NCBI GenBank assembly: GCA_019114225.1
Contig: DXFW01000013.1
Coordinates: 13,260-77,259 of the forward strand
From: Candidatus Allofournierella pullicola
GTDB lineage: Bacteria; Bacillota; Clostridia; Oscillospirales; Ruminococcaceae
Direction: 5' to 3'
DNA length: 64,000 bases
This document shows positions 50,464-58,306 of this stretch, piece after piece. Made by a program: the position numbers and the translations under genes. The notes under the pieces were generated by a model that did not search any database, was not told where the DNA came from, and saw nothing but the letters and a program-made list of their open reading frames with translations. Position 1 is the stretch's first letter. Each line of letters starts with the position of its first letter.

Positions 50464-50492
50464 GCCCCCGCCCAAAGTGCGGGGGCTTTTTT
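50464..50492 (+). terminator. Intrinsic terminator after the phosphatase gene
   Basis: GCCCCCGC-ccaaagt-GCGGGGGC followed by TTTTTTG. Confidence 0.8.
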
Positions 50493-50522
50493 GAACGCTT
50501 TTTAAATTTTGTGTGAAACCCC

Positions 50523-50551
50523 TTGCTTTTTTGTGCAAAACGCGGTATAGT
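50523..50551 (+). promoter_or_regulatory. htpG promoter (TTGCTT-17 nt-TATAGT)
   Basis: TTGCTT at 50523-50528 and TATAGT at 50546-50551, immediately upstream of CIRCE. Confidence 0.55.
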
Positions 50552-50554
50552 TAA

Positions 50555-50581
50555 TTAGCACTCTAATATAGAGAGTGCTAA
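50555..50581. promoter_or_regulatory. CIRCE operator (HrcA binding site), perfect consensus
   Basis: TTAGCACTC-TAATATAGA-GAGTGCTAA matches the consensus TTAGCACTC-N9-GAGTGCTAA exactly. It lies 43 nt upstream of the htpG start. Confidence 0.92.
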
Positions 50582-50623
50582 AGTTATCTTACATGAGATT
50601 TGACATAAAGGGAGCGAACACAC

Positions 50624-52540
50624 ATGGCAGTGAAACAATTCAAAGCCGAAAGCAAAAAGCTGCTGGACCTGATGGTCAACAGTATCTACTCCAACAAGGA
50701 GATCTTTCTGCGGGAGCTCATCAGCAACGCCAGCGACGCCATTGACAAGCTCTATTTCAAAAGCCTCACCGACCATTCGGTGCCCAGCCGCAAGGAGGAC
50801 TATAAGATCCACCTGACGCTGGATAAGGAAAACCGCACCATCACCCTCACCGATAACGGCATCGGCATGACCAAGGAGGAGCTGGAAAAGAACCTGGGCA
50901 CCATTGCCCGCAGCGGCAGCTTCGACTTCAAGAAAGAGAACAAGGCCGATGACATCGACATCATCGGCCAGTTCGGCGTGGGCTTCTACTCCGCCTTCAT
51001 GGTGGCCAGCCAGGTCACGGTGATCAGCCGGGCCTATGGCAGCGACACCGCCTGGAAGTGGGAGAGCAAGGGCGCCGAGGGCTACACCATCACCGAGGCG
51101 GATAAGCCCGAGGTGGGCACCCAGGTCATCCTGGTGGTGAAGGAGAGCACCCCCGAGGAAAATTACGACCGCTTCCTGGACGAGTACACCCTGGTGGGCA
51201 TTGTCAAAAAGTACAGCGATTATGTGCGCTATCCCATCCAGATGTACCGGGAAAAGACCCGCCAGAAGGAAAAGCCCGCCGACGCCGGTGAGGATTACAC
51301 CCCCGAGTATGAGACCTACACCGAGCTGGAGACCCTCAACAGCATGGTGCCTCTGTGGAAGCGCACGAAGGGCGAAGTGACCGGCGAGGAGTACAACCAG
51401 TTCTATAAGGACAAGTTCTACGACTTCACCGACCCCGCCCGGGTCATCGTGAGCCGCACCGAGGGCACCGCCACCTACAACGCGCTGCTGTTCATCCCCG
51501 GCCGCGCGCCTTACGACTACTACACCCGCGACTATGAAAAGGGCCTGCAGCTCTACGCCAGCGGCGTGCTCATCATGGAAAAGTGCGCGGATCTTCTGCC
51601 GGACCACTTCAGCTTCGTCAAGGGCGTGGTGGACAGCCAGGACCTCAGCCTCAACATCAGCCGTGAAATGCTGCAGCAGGACGGGCGGCTCAAGCTCATC
51701 CGCACCAGCCTTGAAAAGAAGATCAAGAACGAGCTGAACGCCATGAAAACTGGCGAGCGGGAGAAGTACGAGGAGTTCTTCAAGAACTTCGGCCGCCAGC
51801 TGAAATACGGCTGCTACGCCGACTACGGCATGCACGCCGACCAGCTGAAGGACCTGCTGCTGTTCTACAGTGCCCGGGAGAAGAAGATGGTCACCCTGGC
51901 GGAGTATGTGGAGAAGATGGGCGAAGACCAGAAATTCATCTACTACGCCGCCGGCGACTCGGTGGACCGTCTGGCCAAACTGCCCGCCGCCGAACTGGTG
52001 CTGGAGAAGGGCTTCGACGTGCTGCTGCTCACCGAGGACGTGGACGAATTCTGCCTGCAAATGCTGCGGCGCTACGGCGAGAAGGATAAGGAGAAGGAGT
52101 TCAAGAACGTCTCCTCCGGCGACTTGGGTCTGGAGACCGAGGAAGAGAAGAAGGCCGCCGAGGAAAAGACCGAGGCCAACAAGCCCCTGTTCGACGCCAT
52201 GAAGGAGGCGCTGGCGGGCAAGGTGGAGGCAGTGCGCCTGTCCACCCGGCTCAAGAGCCACCCGGTGTGCCTGTCCAGCGAGGGGCCCCTGTCCCTGGAG
52301 ATGGAGAAGGTGCTCTCCGCCATGCCCGGCGCGGAGGGCGCGCCCAAGAGCCAGAAGGTGCTGGAGATCAACGCCGACCATCCCATCTTCGCCGCCCTGC
52401 AGAGCCTGCAGGAAAAGGGCGAGAGCGAGAAACTGGGCAAATATGCCCGCATTCTCTACGACCAGGCCCTGCTCATCGAGGGCCTGCCCATCGAGGATCC
52501 TGTGGCCTACGCCCAGGCGGTGTGCGAGCTTATGCAATAA
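50624..52540 (+). CDS. htpG: Molecular chaperone HtpG (Hsp90)
   Basis: [53 protein letters not shown] and SREMLQ motifs. Confidence 0.95.
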   Translation: MAVKQFKAESKKLLDLMVNSIYSNKEIFLRELISNASDAIDKLYFKSLTDHSVPSRKEDYKIHLTLDKENRTITLTDNGIGMTKEELEKNLGTIARSGSFDFKKENKADDIDIIGQFGVGFYSAFMVASQVTVISRAYGSDTAWKWESKGAEGYTITEADKPEVGTQVILVVKESTPEENYDRFLDEYTLVGIVKKYSDYVRYPIQMYREKTRQKEKPADAGEDYTPEYETYTELETLNSMVPLWKRTKGEVTGEEYNQFYKDKFYDFTDPARVIVSRTEGTATYNALLFIPGRAPYDYYTRDYEKGLQLYASGVLIMEKCADLLPDHFSFVKGVVDSQDLSLNISREMLQQDGRLKLIRTSLEKKIKNELNAMKTGEREKYEEFFKNFGRQLKYGCYADYGMHADQLKDLLLFYSAREKKMVTLAEYVEKMGEDQKFIYYAAGDSVDRLAKLPAAELVLEKGFDVLLLTEDVDEFCLQMLRRYGEKDKEKEFKNVSSGDLGLETEEEKKAAEEKTEANKPLFDAMKEALAGKVEAVRLSTRLKSHPVCLSSEGPLSLEMEKVLSAMPGAEGAPKSQKVLEINADHPIFAALQSLQEKGESEKLGKYARILYDQALLIEGLPIEDPVAYAQAVCELMQ

Positions 52541-52547
52541 AAAATTT

Positions 52548-52585
52548 CGGGGCGGCCCCTTATGGGGACCGCCCCGTTTTTCTTT
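52548..52585 (+). terminator. Intrinsic terminator after htpG
   Basis: CGGGGCGGCCCC-ttat-GGGGACCGCCCCG followed by TTTTTCTTT. Confidence 0.85.
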
Positions 52586-52600
52586 GAGAGGAGCGCACCG
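52567..52600 (+). repeat. Left copy of an imperfect direct repeat of about 35 bp (3' arm of the htpG terminator plus downstream sequence)
   Basis: GACCGCCCCGTTTTTCTTTGAGAGGAGCGCACCG, compared with the right copy GACCGCCCCTTTTTTCTTTGGAGAAAAGCGCCCCG at 57526-57560. By hand alignment, 19 of the first 20 positions match and about 30 of 36 overall. Confidence 0.7.
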
Positions 52601-52644
52601 CTGCGAAACAGCGGAACGGACCGTCTTTGCAGGTTTTTTGCCGG

Positions 52645-53817
52645 TCAGGCGAGTTCTTCCAGTGCCATGCGCACGATCTCCACATTGACGTTCAGCGCTG
52701 TGGCAAAGGCGTTTTCGTCGAAATCGAACCGGGGCGTATGCGCGGGTGCGATCATGCCGCTCTCCGGAGTAATGCCCCACCAGTAATAGCTTCCCGGCAC
52801 CTGCTGCAGGAAATAGGCCATGTCATCACCGGCCATCAGCGGAGTTGCCTCCTGCACATGCTCTGCGCCAAGCACCTTCACCGCCGCACGCCTTACGAGG
52901 TCGGTCATACGCTGGTCGTTCACGACCCCGGGATATCCCCGACGATAGTCCAGCTCCGCCTCGCCGCCGCTGCGGCGCACGATGGAGGAGGCCACATCCT
53001 GGATAAGCTCGGGGATCAGCGCGTCCGTCTCCGGGTCAAAACACCGTGCGGTGCCCGTGATGGTCACTTCGTTTGCGAGGATGTTGAACGCGGTCCCGCC
53101 CTGGATGGTTCCAAAGGAGATCAGCCCAGGCTTGACCGGATCAACCCGGCGGGTCATTTCCACCTCGATCGCGGTGAGCACTTCGGCGGCAAGCATGATT
53201 CCGTCGGCTCCCTTATGAGGAGCGGAACCGCCGCCGCCCTTTACCTTCAAACGAAGGGTAAAGGAGGCGGCGCCCGCCAAAAAGGCGCCCGAGCGCACAC
53301 CGATGTCTCCTGTGCGGTTCTCCGTGGCATGGTGAAGCGCAAAGACCGCGTCCACCTTCGGGTTTTCCAGCACGCCCCGCTGGATCATTTGGATCGCGCC
53401 TCCCGGCGGGACTTCCTCGCCGGGCTGGAAAATAAACTTGATGTTGCCGGCAATTTCTGACTTGCGCGGCGCGAAATACCGGGCGAGGCCCAGCAGTAAT
53501 GCGGTGTGTCCGTCATGTGCGCAGGCGTGCATGACGCCTTTGTTGCGCGAAGAATAAGCGGATCCGCTCTGCTCTTCCAAAGGCAGAGCGTCCATATCGG
53601 CGCGGAACGCGATCGTGGGGCCCGGAGCGCTGCCCCGAATAAGACCCACAGCGCCGGTCATGTCGTCCCAGCGGGTCACCTCCAGCCCCATCTTCTGCAG
53701 TTCGGAACACACCAGCTCGGTGGTGGCGTATTCCTGCATTGAAAGTTCCGGATTCTGATGCAGTCTGTGCCGTATATCCGCTACATACTCCACAAGCTCC
53801 TGTGTGACCATATCCAT
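52645..53817 (-). CDS. M20-family amidohydrolase (M20D, N-acyl-amino-acid amidohydrolase / hippurate hydrolase-like)
   Basis: IRHRLHQNPELSMQEY, AFRADMDALP, MHACAHDGHTA and FQPGEE motifs. Confidence 0.88.
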   Translation of the reverse strand: MDMVTQELVEYVADIRHRLHQNPELSMQEYATTELVCSELQKMGLEVTRWDDMTGAVGLIRGSAPGPTIAFRADMDALPLEEQSGSAYSSRNKGVMHACAHDGHTALLLGLARYFAPRKSEIAGNIKFIFQPGEEVPPGGAIQMIQRGVLENPKVDAVFALHHATENRTGDIGVRSGAFLAGAASFTLRLKVKGGGGSAPHKGADGIMLAAEVLTAIEVEMTRRVDPVKPGLISFGTIQGGTAFNILANEVTITGTARCFDPETDALIPELIQDVASSIVRRSGGEAELDYRRGYPGVVNDQRMTDLVRRAAVKVLGAEHVQEATPLMAGDDMAYFLQQVPGSYYWWGITPESGMIAPAHTPRFDFDENAFATALNVNVEIVRMALEELA

Positions 53818-53825
53818 TTCTCCTT

Positions 53826-55163
53826 TTATTCCTTATCAGCAGCTTCGACAGCCTTTTTGCCAACAGTGGCCCGGAAAATCAAGTATGCGGGCACAGAGGT
53901 GAGCATCAGCAGAGTGCCGCTGAGGATCTGCTGAGGAGCCACATGGCACACCAGAATGAAGGTAATGATGGCGGCCAGGATCGTGGTGATGGGGTATCCC
54001 CACATTTTGAAGGGACGCTCCAGACCGGGCTGCTTTTTGCGCAACACGATCAGCGAAATGCAGATGGCCACTTCGCCCAAACGGCTTACGAACGTGCCCA
54101 TCATCAGCAGGGTCATAAAGTTGCCGGTCCAAACGAAGCAGATCGCCACGACGGCGTAGATGATGATGGTGATGTAGGGAGTTTTGAATTTTGGATGAAG
54201 CTTTGCAAAGAACGGGAACATCATGTGGTTGTCCGCCATCGCGTATGCAACGCGGGGCATGCCCAGAAGGGCACCGTTGGTGGAACCGAAAATGGAGATC
54301 ATTGCGCCCAGGGTGATCAGCATGGCGCCCACGCCGCCAAAGATCTTCTGCGCCGCGTCGCTCACCGGAGTGGCGGAGCCGGCCAGATTCGCAAAACCGA
54401 CGGTGCCCACGCAGGCGATGGTCAGCAGTGCGTTGATGATGATAACGACGCCCATGCCGATGATGGTGGCCAGAGGCAGAGTGCGCTTGGGATTCTTGAT
54501 CTCACCGCTCATGTAGGACAAAGTGTAGTAGCCGCCGAAGGCCGTGAGGGCGGGCACTGCCGCAGAAAAAGAGTTGCCCCATTCCACAGTTTCGGTGGTC
54601 ATGGTGGTGAAGTTTTCACCGGACAGGGAGAACAGGCCGCCCACGATCACTACGAGCAGCACGCCCACTTTTGCCACAGTGAAGATGTTCTGCACGGCCG
54701 AACCGCTTTTCACGCCCAGCACGTTCACAAACGAAAGACCCAGGATCAGCACGGTGGAAACAATGCGCTGCTCTGTCACCGACAGGTTCAGGCCGGGGAA
54801 CAAAACGGCAAAATTGCTGGCAAATGCGGTGGCCATCATGGCGATCACAGCCAGGAAGTTGCCGAAGATCATCGACCAGCCATACATGAAGGAAGCGCCG
54901 TGCCCGAACGCCTCGTCAATGTATACATAGGCGCCGCCTGCTTTCGGCATCGCAGGGGCCAGCTCCGCATAAACAAGCGCACAAAGCACGCCGCTGACGC
55001 CGGCGATCACCCATGCCAGCATGTTCGGCCCAAAAGAACCGGCAGACGCCGCAATGTTGCCAGGTGTGGTGAAGATACCCGAGCCGATCACGCATCCCAC
55101 CAGTACGCAGACGGATGAAAACAACCCCATCTCACGTTTCAACTCGGTCTTCTTTTCACTCAT
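53826..55163 (-). CDS. APC-superfamily amino acid permease
   Basis: 12 TM. LKREMGLFSSVCVLVGCVIGSGIFTTPGNIA is the typical APC N-terminal motif. Confidence 0.88.
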   Translation of the reverse strand: MSEKKTELKREMGLFSSVCVLVGCVIGSGIFTTPGNIAASAGSFGPNMLAWVIAGVSGVLCALVYAELAPAMPKAGGAYVYIDEAFGHGASFMYGWSMIFGNFLAVIAMMATAFASNFAVLFPGLNLSVTEQRIVSTVLILGLSFVNVLGVKSGSAVQNIFTVAKVGVLLVVIVGGLFSLSGENFTTMTTETVEWGNSFSAAVPALTAFGGYYTLSYMSGEIKNPKRTLPLATIIGMGVVIIINALLTIACVGTVGFANLAGSATPVSDAAQKIFGGVGAMLITLGAMISIFGSTNGALLGMPRVAYAMADNHMMFPFFAKLHPKFKTPYITIIIYAVVAICFVWTGNFMTLLMMGTFVSRLGEVAICISLIVLRKKQPGLERPFKMWGYPITTILAAIITFILVCHVAPQQILSGTLLMLTSVPAYLIFRATVGKKAVEAADKE

Positions 55164-55210
55164 GATGTCATTCCTCCTTACTTAAGACAATATATTTTGA
55201 CGGGCTATGG

Positions 55211-56386
55211 TTATCCCGTAACGACGCAATGAGCGCTTGCCTCCCGGATCGCTTTTTCCGACAGTTCCTGTCCAAGACCGGGAAGTTCCGGGGGAGCGAT
55301 CTTGCCGTTCACCGGCGCATAATCGTACACACCCAGGTCGATGTTCATCTTTGCGCGGTTGATCAGGTGGTGTTCGTGAATGACAAAGTTGGGGATGGAC
55401 GCTTCCAGGTGCAGGGAAGCGGCAATGGAGATGGGGCTGCCGCAGACATGGATCTGCACGCCGGTGTCAAATGCATGTGCCATGTCGCAGATCTTTTTAG
55501 CCTCGGATACACCGCCGCAGGTGCCGATGTCCGGCTGTGCGATCTGGATGGTGTCTTCTTCGAAAAAGTTGAGGAAACTCCAGCGGGAGAAGATCCGCTC
55601 GCCGCCTGCCAGAGGGATCGTGGTGCCCTGACGGATGACCTTCATGGTGGGCGGGTACAGCGGTGTGGCTGCCTCTTCGATGAACATGATGTGATAAGGC
55701 TCCAGGATCTGGCACATTTCCACGGCGGACACAGCGTCCGTGCGGGCGTGATTTTCCACGATGATGTCCACATCAGGCCCCACGGCTTCCCGCACGGCGC
55801 TCACACGACGCTCGATCATCTTGCGCACCTTGGAAGACAGTGGCCCGCGCAGGAAGCCGACGCGCCCGCCCTCATCATCAAAGGTGATGAAGTTGATCTT
55901 TACCGCGTCAAAGCCCTCGCTCACTGCTTTCTGACAGGCGTACACCAGCTCTTCGTCGGTGACCGCCTTGCCCATATTGTTGCCCCAGCCGAACTGAAGC
56001 TGGCTGGCGTAACAGCGGAGCGCGTCGCTGGTCTTGCCGCCCAAAAGCTTGTAGAGGGGGACTCCCAGCGCTTTGCCCTTGATATCCCACAGCGCCGTGT
56101 CGATGGCGCTGATGGCCGAGAAAAGAATGGTCCCGCCCGCCTGGGCCCAGAACGTGGTCCGATACAGCTTGTCCCACACGGCCTCATGGGCCATGGCGTC
56201 CATTCCGATCACAAGAGGAGCCACATCTGCGATCATCGCGTAGGCGGCGGGTGCGCCGGTATCAAACCCGACGGACGCTTCCCCGTAACCGCTAATACCC
56301 TCATCCGTGTTCACGCGGCATACGATCGGCCGCCATGAATCGGTCCCGCAATTGAGCAGGAATACGTCTACAGATGTGATTTTCAT
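55211..56386 (-). CDS. Enolase-superfamily enzyme, mandelate racemase/muconate lactonising family (acid-sugar-dehydratase-like subgroup), specificity unknown
   Basis: MKITSVDVFLL...VNTDEGISGYGEA, AISAIDTALWDIKGKALGVPLYKLLGG, FDAVKINF, IIVENH, FIEEA and GGERI metal/base motifs. AAGGAGGAG SD precedes ATG 56386 (the track start is 56437). Confidence 0.85.
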   Translation of the reverse strand: MKITSVDVFLLNCGTDSWRPIVCRVNTDEGISGYGEASVGFDTGAPAAYAMIADVAPLVIGMDAMAHEAVWDKLYRTTFWAQAGGTILFSAISAIDTALWDIKGKALGVPLYKLLGGKTSDALRCYASQLQFGWGNNMGKAVTDEELVYACQKAVSEGFDAVKINFITFDDEGGRVGFLRGPLSSKVRKMIERRVSAVREAVGPDVDIIVENHARTDAVSAVEMCQILEPYHIMFIEEAATPLYPPTMKVIRQGTTIPLAGGERIFSRWSFLNFFEEDTIQIAQPDIGTCGGVSEAKKICDMAHAFDTGVQIHVCGSPISIAASLHLEASIPNFVIHEHHLINRAKMNIDLGVYDYAPVNGKIAPPELPGLGQELSEKAIREASAHCVVTG

Positions 56387-56482
56387 AAAAGCTCCTCCTT
56401 TTTCCACTTTGTTTTGCCAGCAGCCAAACGGCTGCATTTGTGTCCTGACGGCCTGTTATGGTGCCCCAATGCCCGCGGCAGT

Positions 56483-56516
56483 TTGACTATATTTGTCCAT
56501 GTTGGTAAAATATAGT
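56483..56516. promoter_or_regulatory. gntR promoter (TTGACT-17 nt-TAAAAT) embedded in a 9-bp inverted repeat ACTATATTT-N13-AAATATAGT
   Basis: Arms at 56486-56494 and 56508-56516. -35 at 56483-56488 and -10 at 56506-56511. Lies in the divergent region between the enolase-family operon and gntR. Confidence 0.5.
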
Positions 56517-56565
56517 TGCTGGAACCGTCCGGCATGGACCATGGATTGTGAGGTGTCTTGAATTT

Positions 56566-57228
56566 ATGGCAGTGTACACACCCCTGCAGCAAAAGGCGTA
56601 TGAGTATCTGAAAGACAAGGTAGTCTCCGGCAAACTGGACAAGGGCCAAGTGTACTCCGAATCATATTTTGCAAAGGAACTGAAGATGTCCCGCACGCCT
56701 GTTCGTGAGGCGCTTCAGCGCTTGGTGCAGGAGGGCTATATCGACGTTCTTCCCAGCCGCGGCTTTGTGGTTCATCCTCTTACAGAAAGCGACATCGTCG
56801 CCATGTATCAAATGCGCACGGCAATCGAATGCTTTTGCCTCTCCCACTATGCCAACCACCGGGATGAACCGGAAACAGTGCGGCTGCTTTCGCTCCTTCG
56901 CGAAAATCTTGTTATGCAGCGTCAGTGTCAGACGGGAAGCCTTGTGCTGAGCGATTTCTATAAGTTCGATTATGAGTTCCACCGTCTGCTGATCGTTCAC
57001 ATGAACAACTCGTGGTTCAACGAGGCATTTGAAAAGTACGCCCATACGTTTGAGACGATGACGCGTATGACGATGAATTGTGAAGACCGGATCTGCCGCT
57101 CCATTAACGAGCACGAAGAGATCTGCACGATCATTGAACAAGGCGGCAGCCGGGAAGTCTTTGACTGGATGCACCGCCATGTGGCGTTTCCCACCACCGT
57201 CATGCTGGGCATGCTCAAAAACAGCTGA
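56566..57228 (+). CDS. GntR-family transcriptional regulator, FadR/FCD subfamily
   Basis: Winged HTH SESYFAKELKMSRTPVREALQRLVQEGYIDVLPSRGFVV, then an all-helical FCD-like C-terminal domain with His residues (HRLLIVH, NEHEEI). Confidence 0.88.
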   Translation: MAVYTPLQQKAYEYLKDKVVSGKLDKGQVYSESYFAKELKMSRTPVREALQRLVQEGYIDVLPSRGFVVHPLTESDIVAMYQMRTAIECFCLSHYANHRDEPETVRLLSLLRENLVMQRQCQTGSLVLSDFYKFDYEFHRLLIVHMNNSWFNEAFEKYAHTFETMTRMTMNCEDRICRSINEHEEICTIIEQGGSREVFDWMHRHVAFPTTVMLGMLKNS

Positions 57229-57263
57229 AAAGCATGCGCGTCACAGAGCGTTTGCAATGCGAA

Positions 57264-57279
57264 ATACCGGTATACCGGT
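57264..57279. promoter_or_regulatory. 16-bp element ATACCGGTATACCGGT (contains the 14-bp perfect palindrome ACCGGTATACCGGT), copy 1
   Basis: Identical to the copy at 57301-57316. The core GGTATACC fits the GT-Nx-AC pattern of GntR-family operators. Lies 36 nt after the gntR stop. Confidence 0.5.
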
Positions 57280-57300
57280 TCTTTTTAACATATTACCACC

Positions 57301-57316
57301 ATACCGGTATACCGGT
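57301..57316. promoter_or_regulatory. 16-bp element ATACCGGTATACCGGT, copy 2
   Basis: Exact duplicate, with its start 37 bp after copy 1. AT-rich spacer TCTTTTTAACATATTACCACC. Confidence 0.5.
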
Positions 57317-57511
57317 CAATGCGGGATTTCGATTTCTACCATTTCTCCAAATGCAGCCGCGCTTTTTTGGCAAATTTTTCGGCATGCCCCGAATCCGGAC
57401 TGGCATATGGCACGCTCCCGGCTGGCAGTGTCCTTGAGCGGCGCACGGGGCTTTCGCTCAACGTGGCCGCAGCGCCCGGGCTGGCCTGAAATATGATGTA
57501 AAGAAAGCTGC

Positions 57512-57544
57512 GGCGGTTCCTGAAAGACCGCCCCTTTTTTCTTT
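57512..57544 (+). terminator. Intrinsic terminator with no identifiable upstream gene
   Basis: GGCGGT-tcctgaaag-ACCGCC followed by CCTTTTTTCTTT. Its 3' arm and tail form the right copy of the direct repeat. Confidence 0.7.
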
Positions 57545-57560
57545 GGAGAAAAGCGCCCCG
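57526..57560 (+). repeat. Right copy of the imperfect direct repeat of about 35 bp
   Basis: GACCGCCCCTTTTTTCTTTGGAGAAAAGCGCCCCG. See the left copy at 52567-52600. Confidence 0.7.
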
Positions 57561-57646
57561 GCGGTGCAAAATTATGGTATACTAAACCTGTGGAACACCA
57601 ACAGGCGGGGCCAAAGAACGGCCCTGCGGGAAAGGACGGTCAAACG

Positions 57647-58306
57647 ATGACACATATGAAAAAGGGTTTCCTGCTCTCGGCGCTGGCCTTCATGCTGCTG
57701 GGCCTGGCGCTGCTGCTCTGGCCGGAGGCTTCCCTGCGGCTGGTGTGCTATCTCTTCGGCGCGGTCATCCTGGTCAAGGGCCTTTTGAGCATTTGGGGCT
57801 ATGTGCGGGCCGAGGAGCGCTTTTTCTTCGATTATTTCGGCGTGGTGTTCGGCGTTGCCGCCAGCGCCCTGGGCTTGTTCCTGCTTTTCCAGCCGGACAC
57901 GGTGGTGTCGGTGCTGCCCATCCTGGTGGGCGTATACGTCATCGTGGACGCGGTGGTGCGGCTGCAGTCCGCCTTTGAACTGAAAGCCATGGGCTATGCC
58001 CGCTGGTGGAGCTTCCTCGTTTTGGCGGGTCTGTCGGCGGCGCTGGGCGTGCTGATGGTGGTCAATCCTTTCAAAACCGTGCAGCTGCTGGTGATGGCCA
58101 TCGGCGTGATTCTTCTGGTGGAAGGCGCCCTCAGCCTGATCAGTGCGGTGTATGCCGCGGTGTTGGTTCGGGGCCTGGAGCGCACCGCCAAGGACGCCGC
58201 CCGTCAGCTGGACAAACTGACCGAAACGCTGGACGGCCGCCCCGCCCCCGGTTCCGGCCGCCCGGTGGATGTGGACTACAAAGATCTTTCCGATGAGGAC
58301 CGCTGA
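57647..58306 (+). CDS. HdeD-family (DUF308) acid-resistance-type membrane protein
   Basis: Repeated DUF308 helices (LLGLALLLWPEASL..., GVVFGVAASALGLFLLFQP, LSAALGVLMVVNPF). ATG 57647 follows GGAAAGGACGG, with an extended -10 TGgTATACT at 57575-57583. Confidence 0.8.
   Translation: MTHMKKGFLLSALAFMLLGLALLLWPEASLRLVCYLFGAVILVKGLLSIWGYVRAEERFFFDYFGVVFGVAASALGLFLLFQPDTVVSVLPILVGVYVIVDAVVRLQSAFELKAMGYARWWSFLVLAGLSAALGVLMVVNPFKTVQLLVMAIGVILLVEGALSLISAVYAAVLVRGLERTAKDAARQLDKLTETLDGRPAPGSGRPVDVDYKDLSDEDR

Noticed and set aside
57319-57489. Small ORF (about 56 aa, MRDFDFYHFSKCSRAFLANF...) starting right after the second palindrome.
   Set aside because: It has no SD, an unremarkable composition and no recognisable motif, and is below the length where I can argue for coding. 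It is mentioned only because it fills the operator-to-terminator interval.
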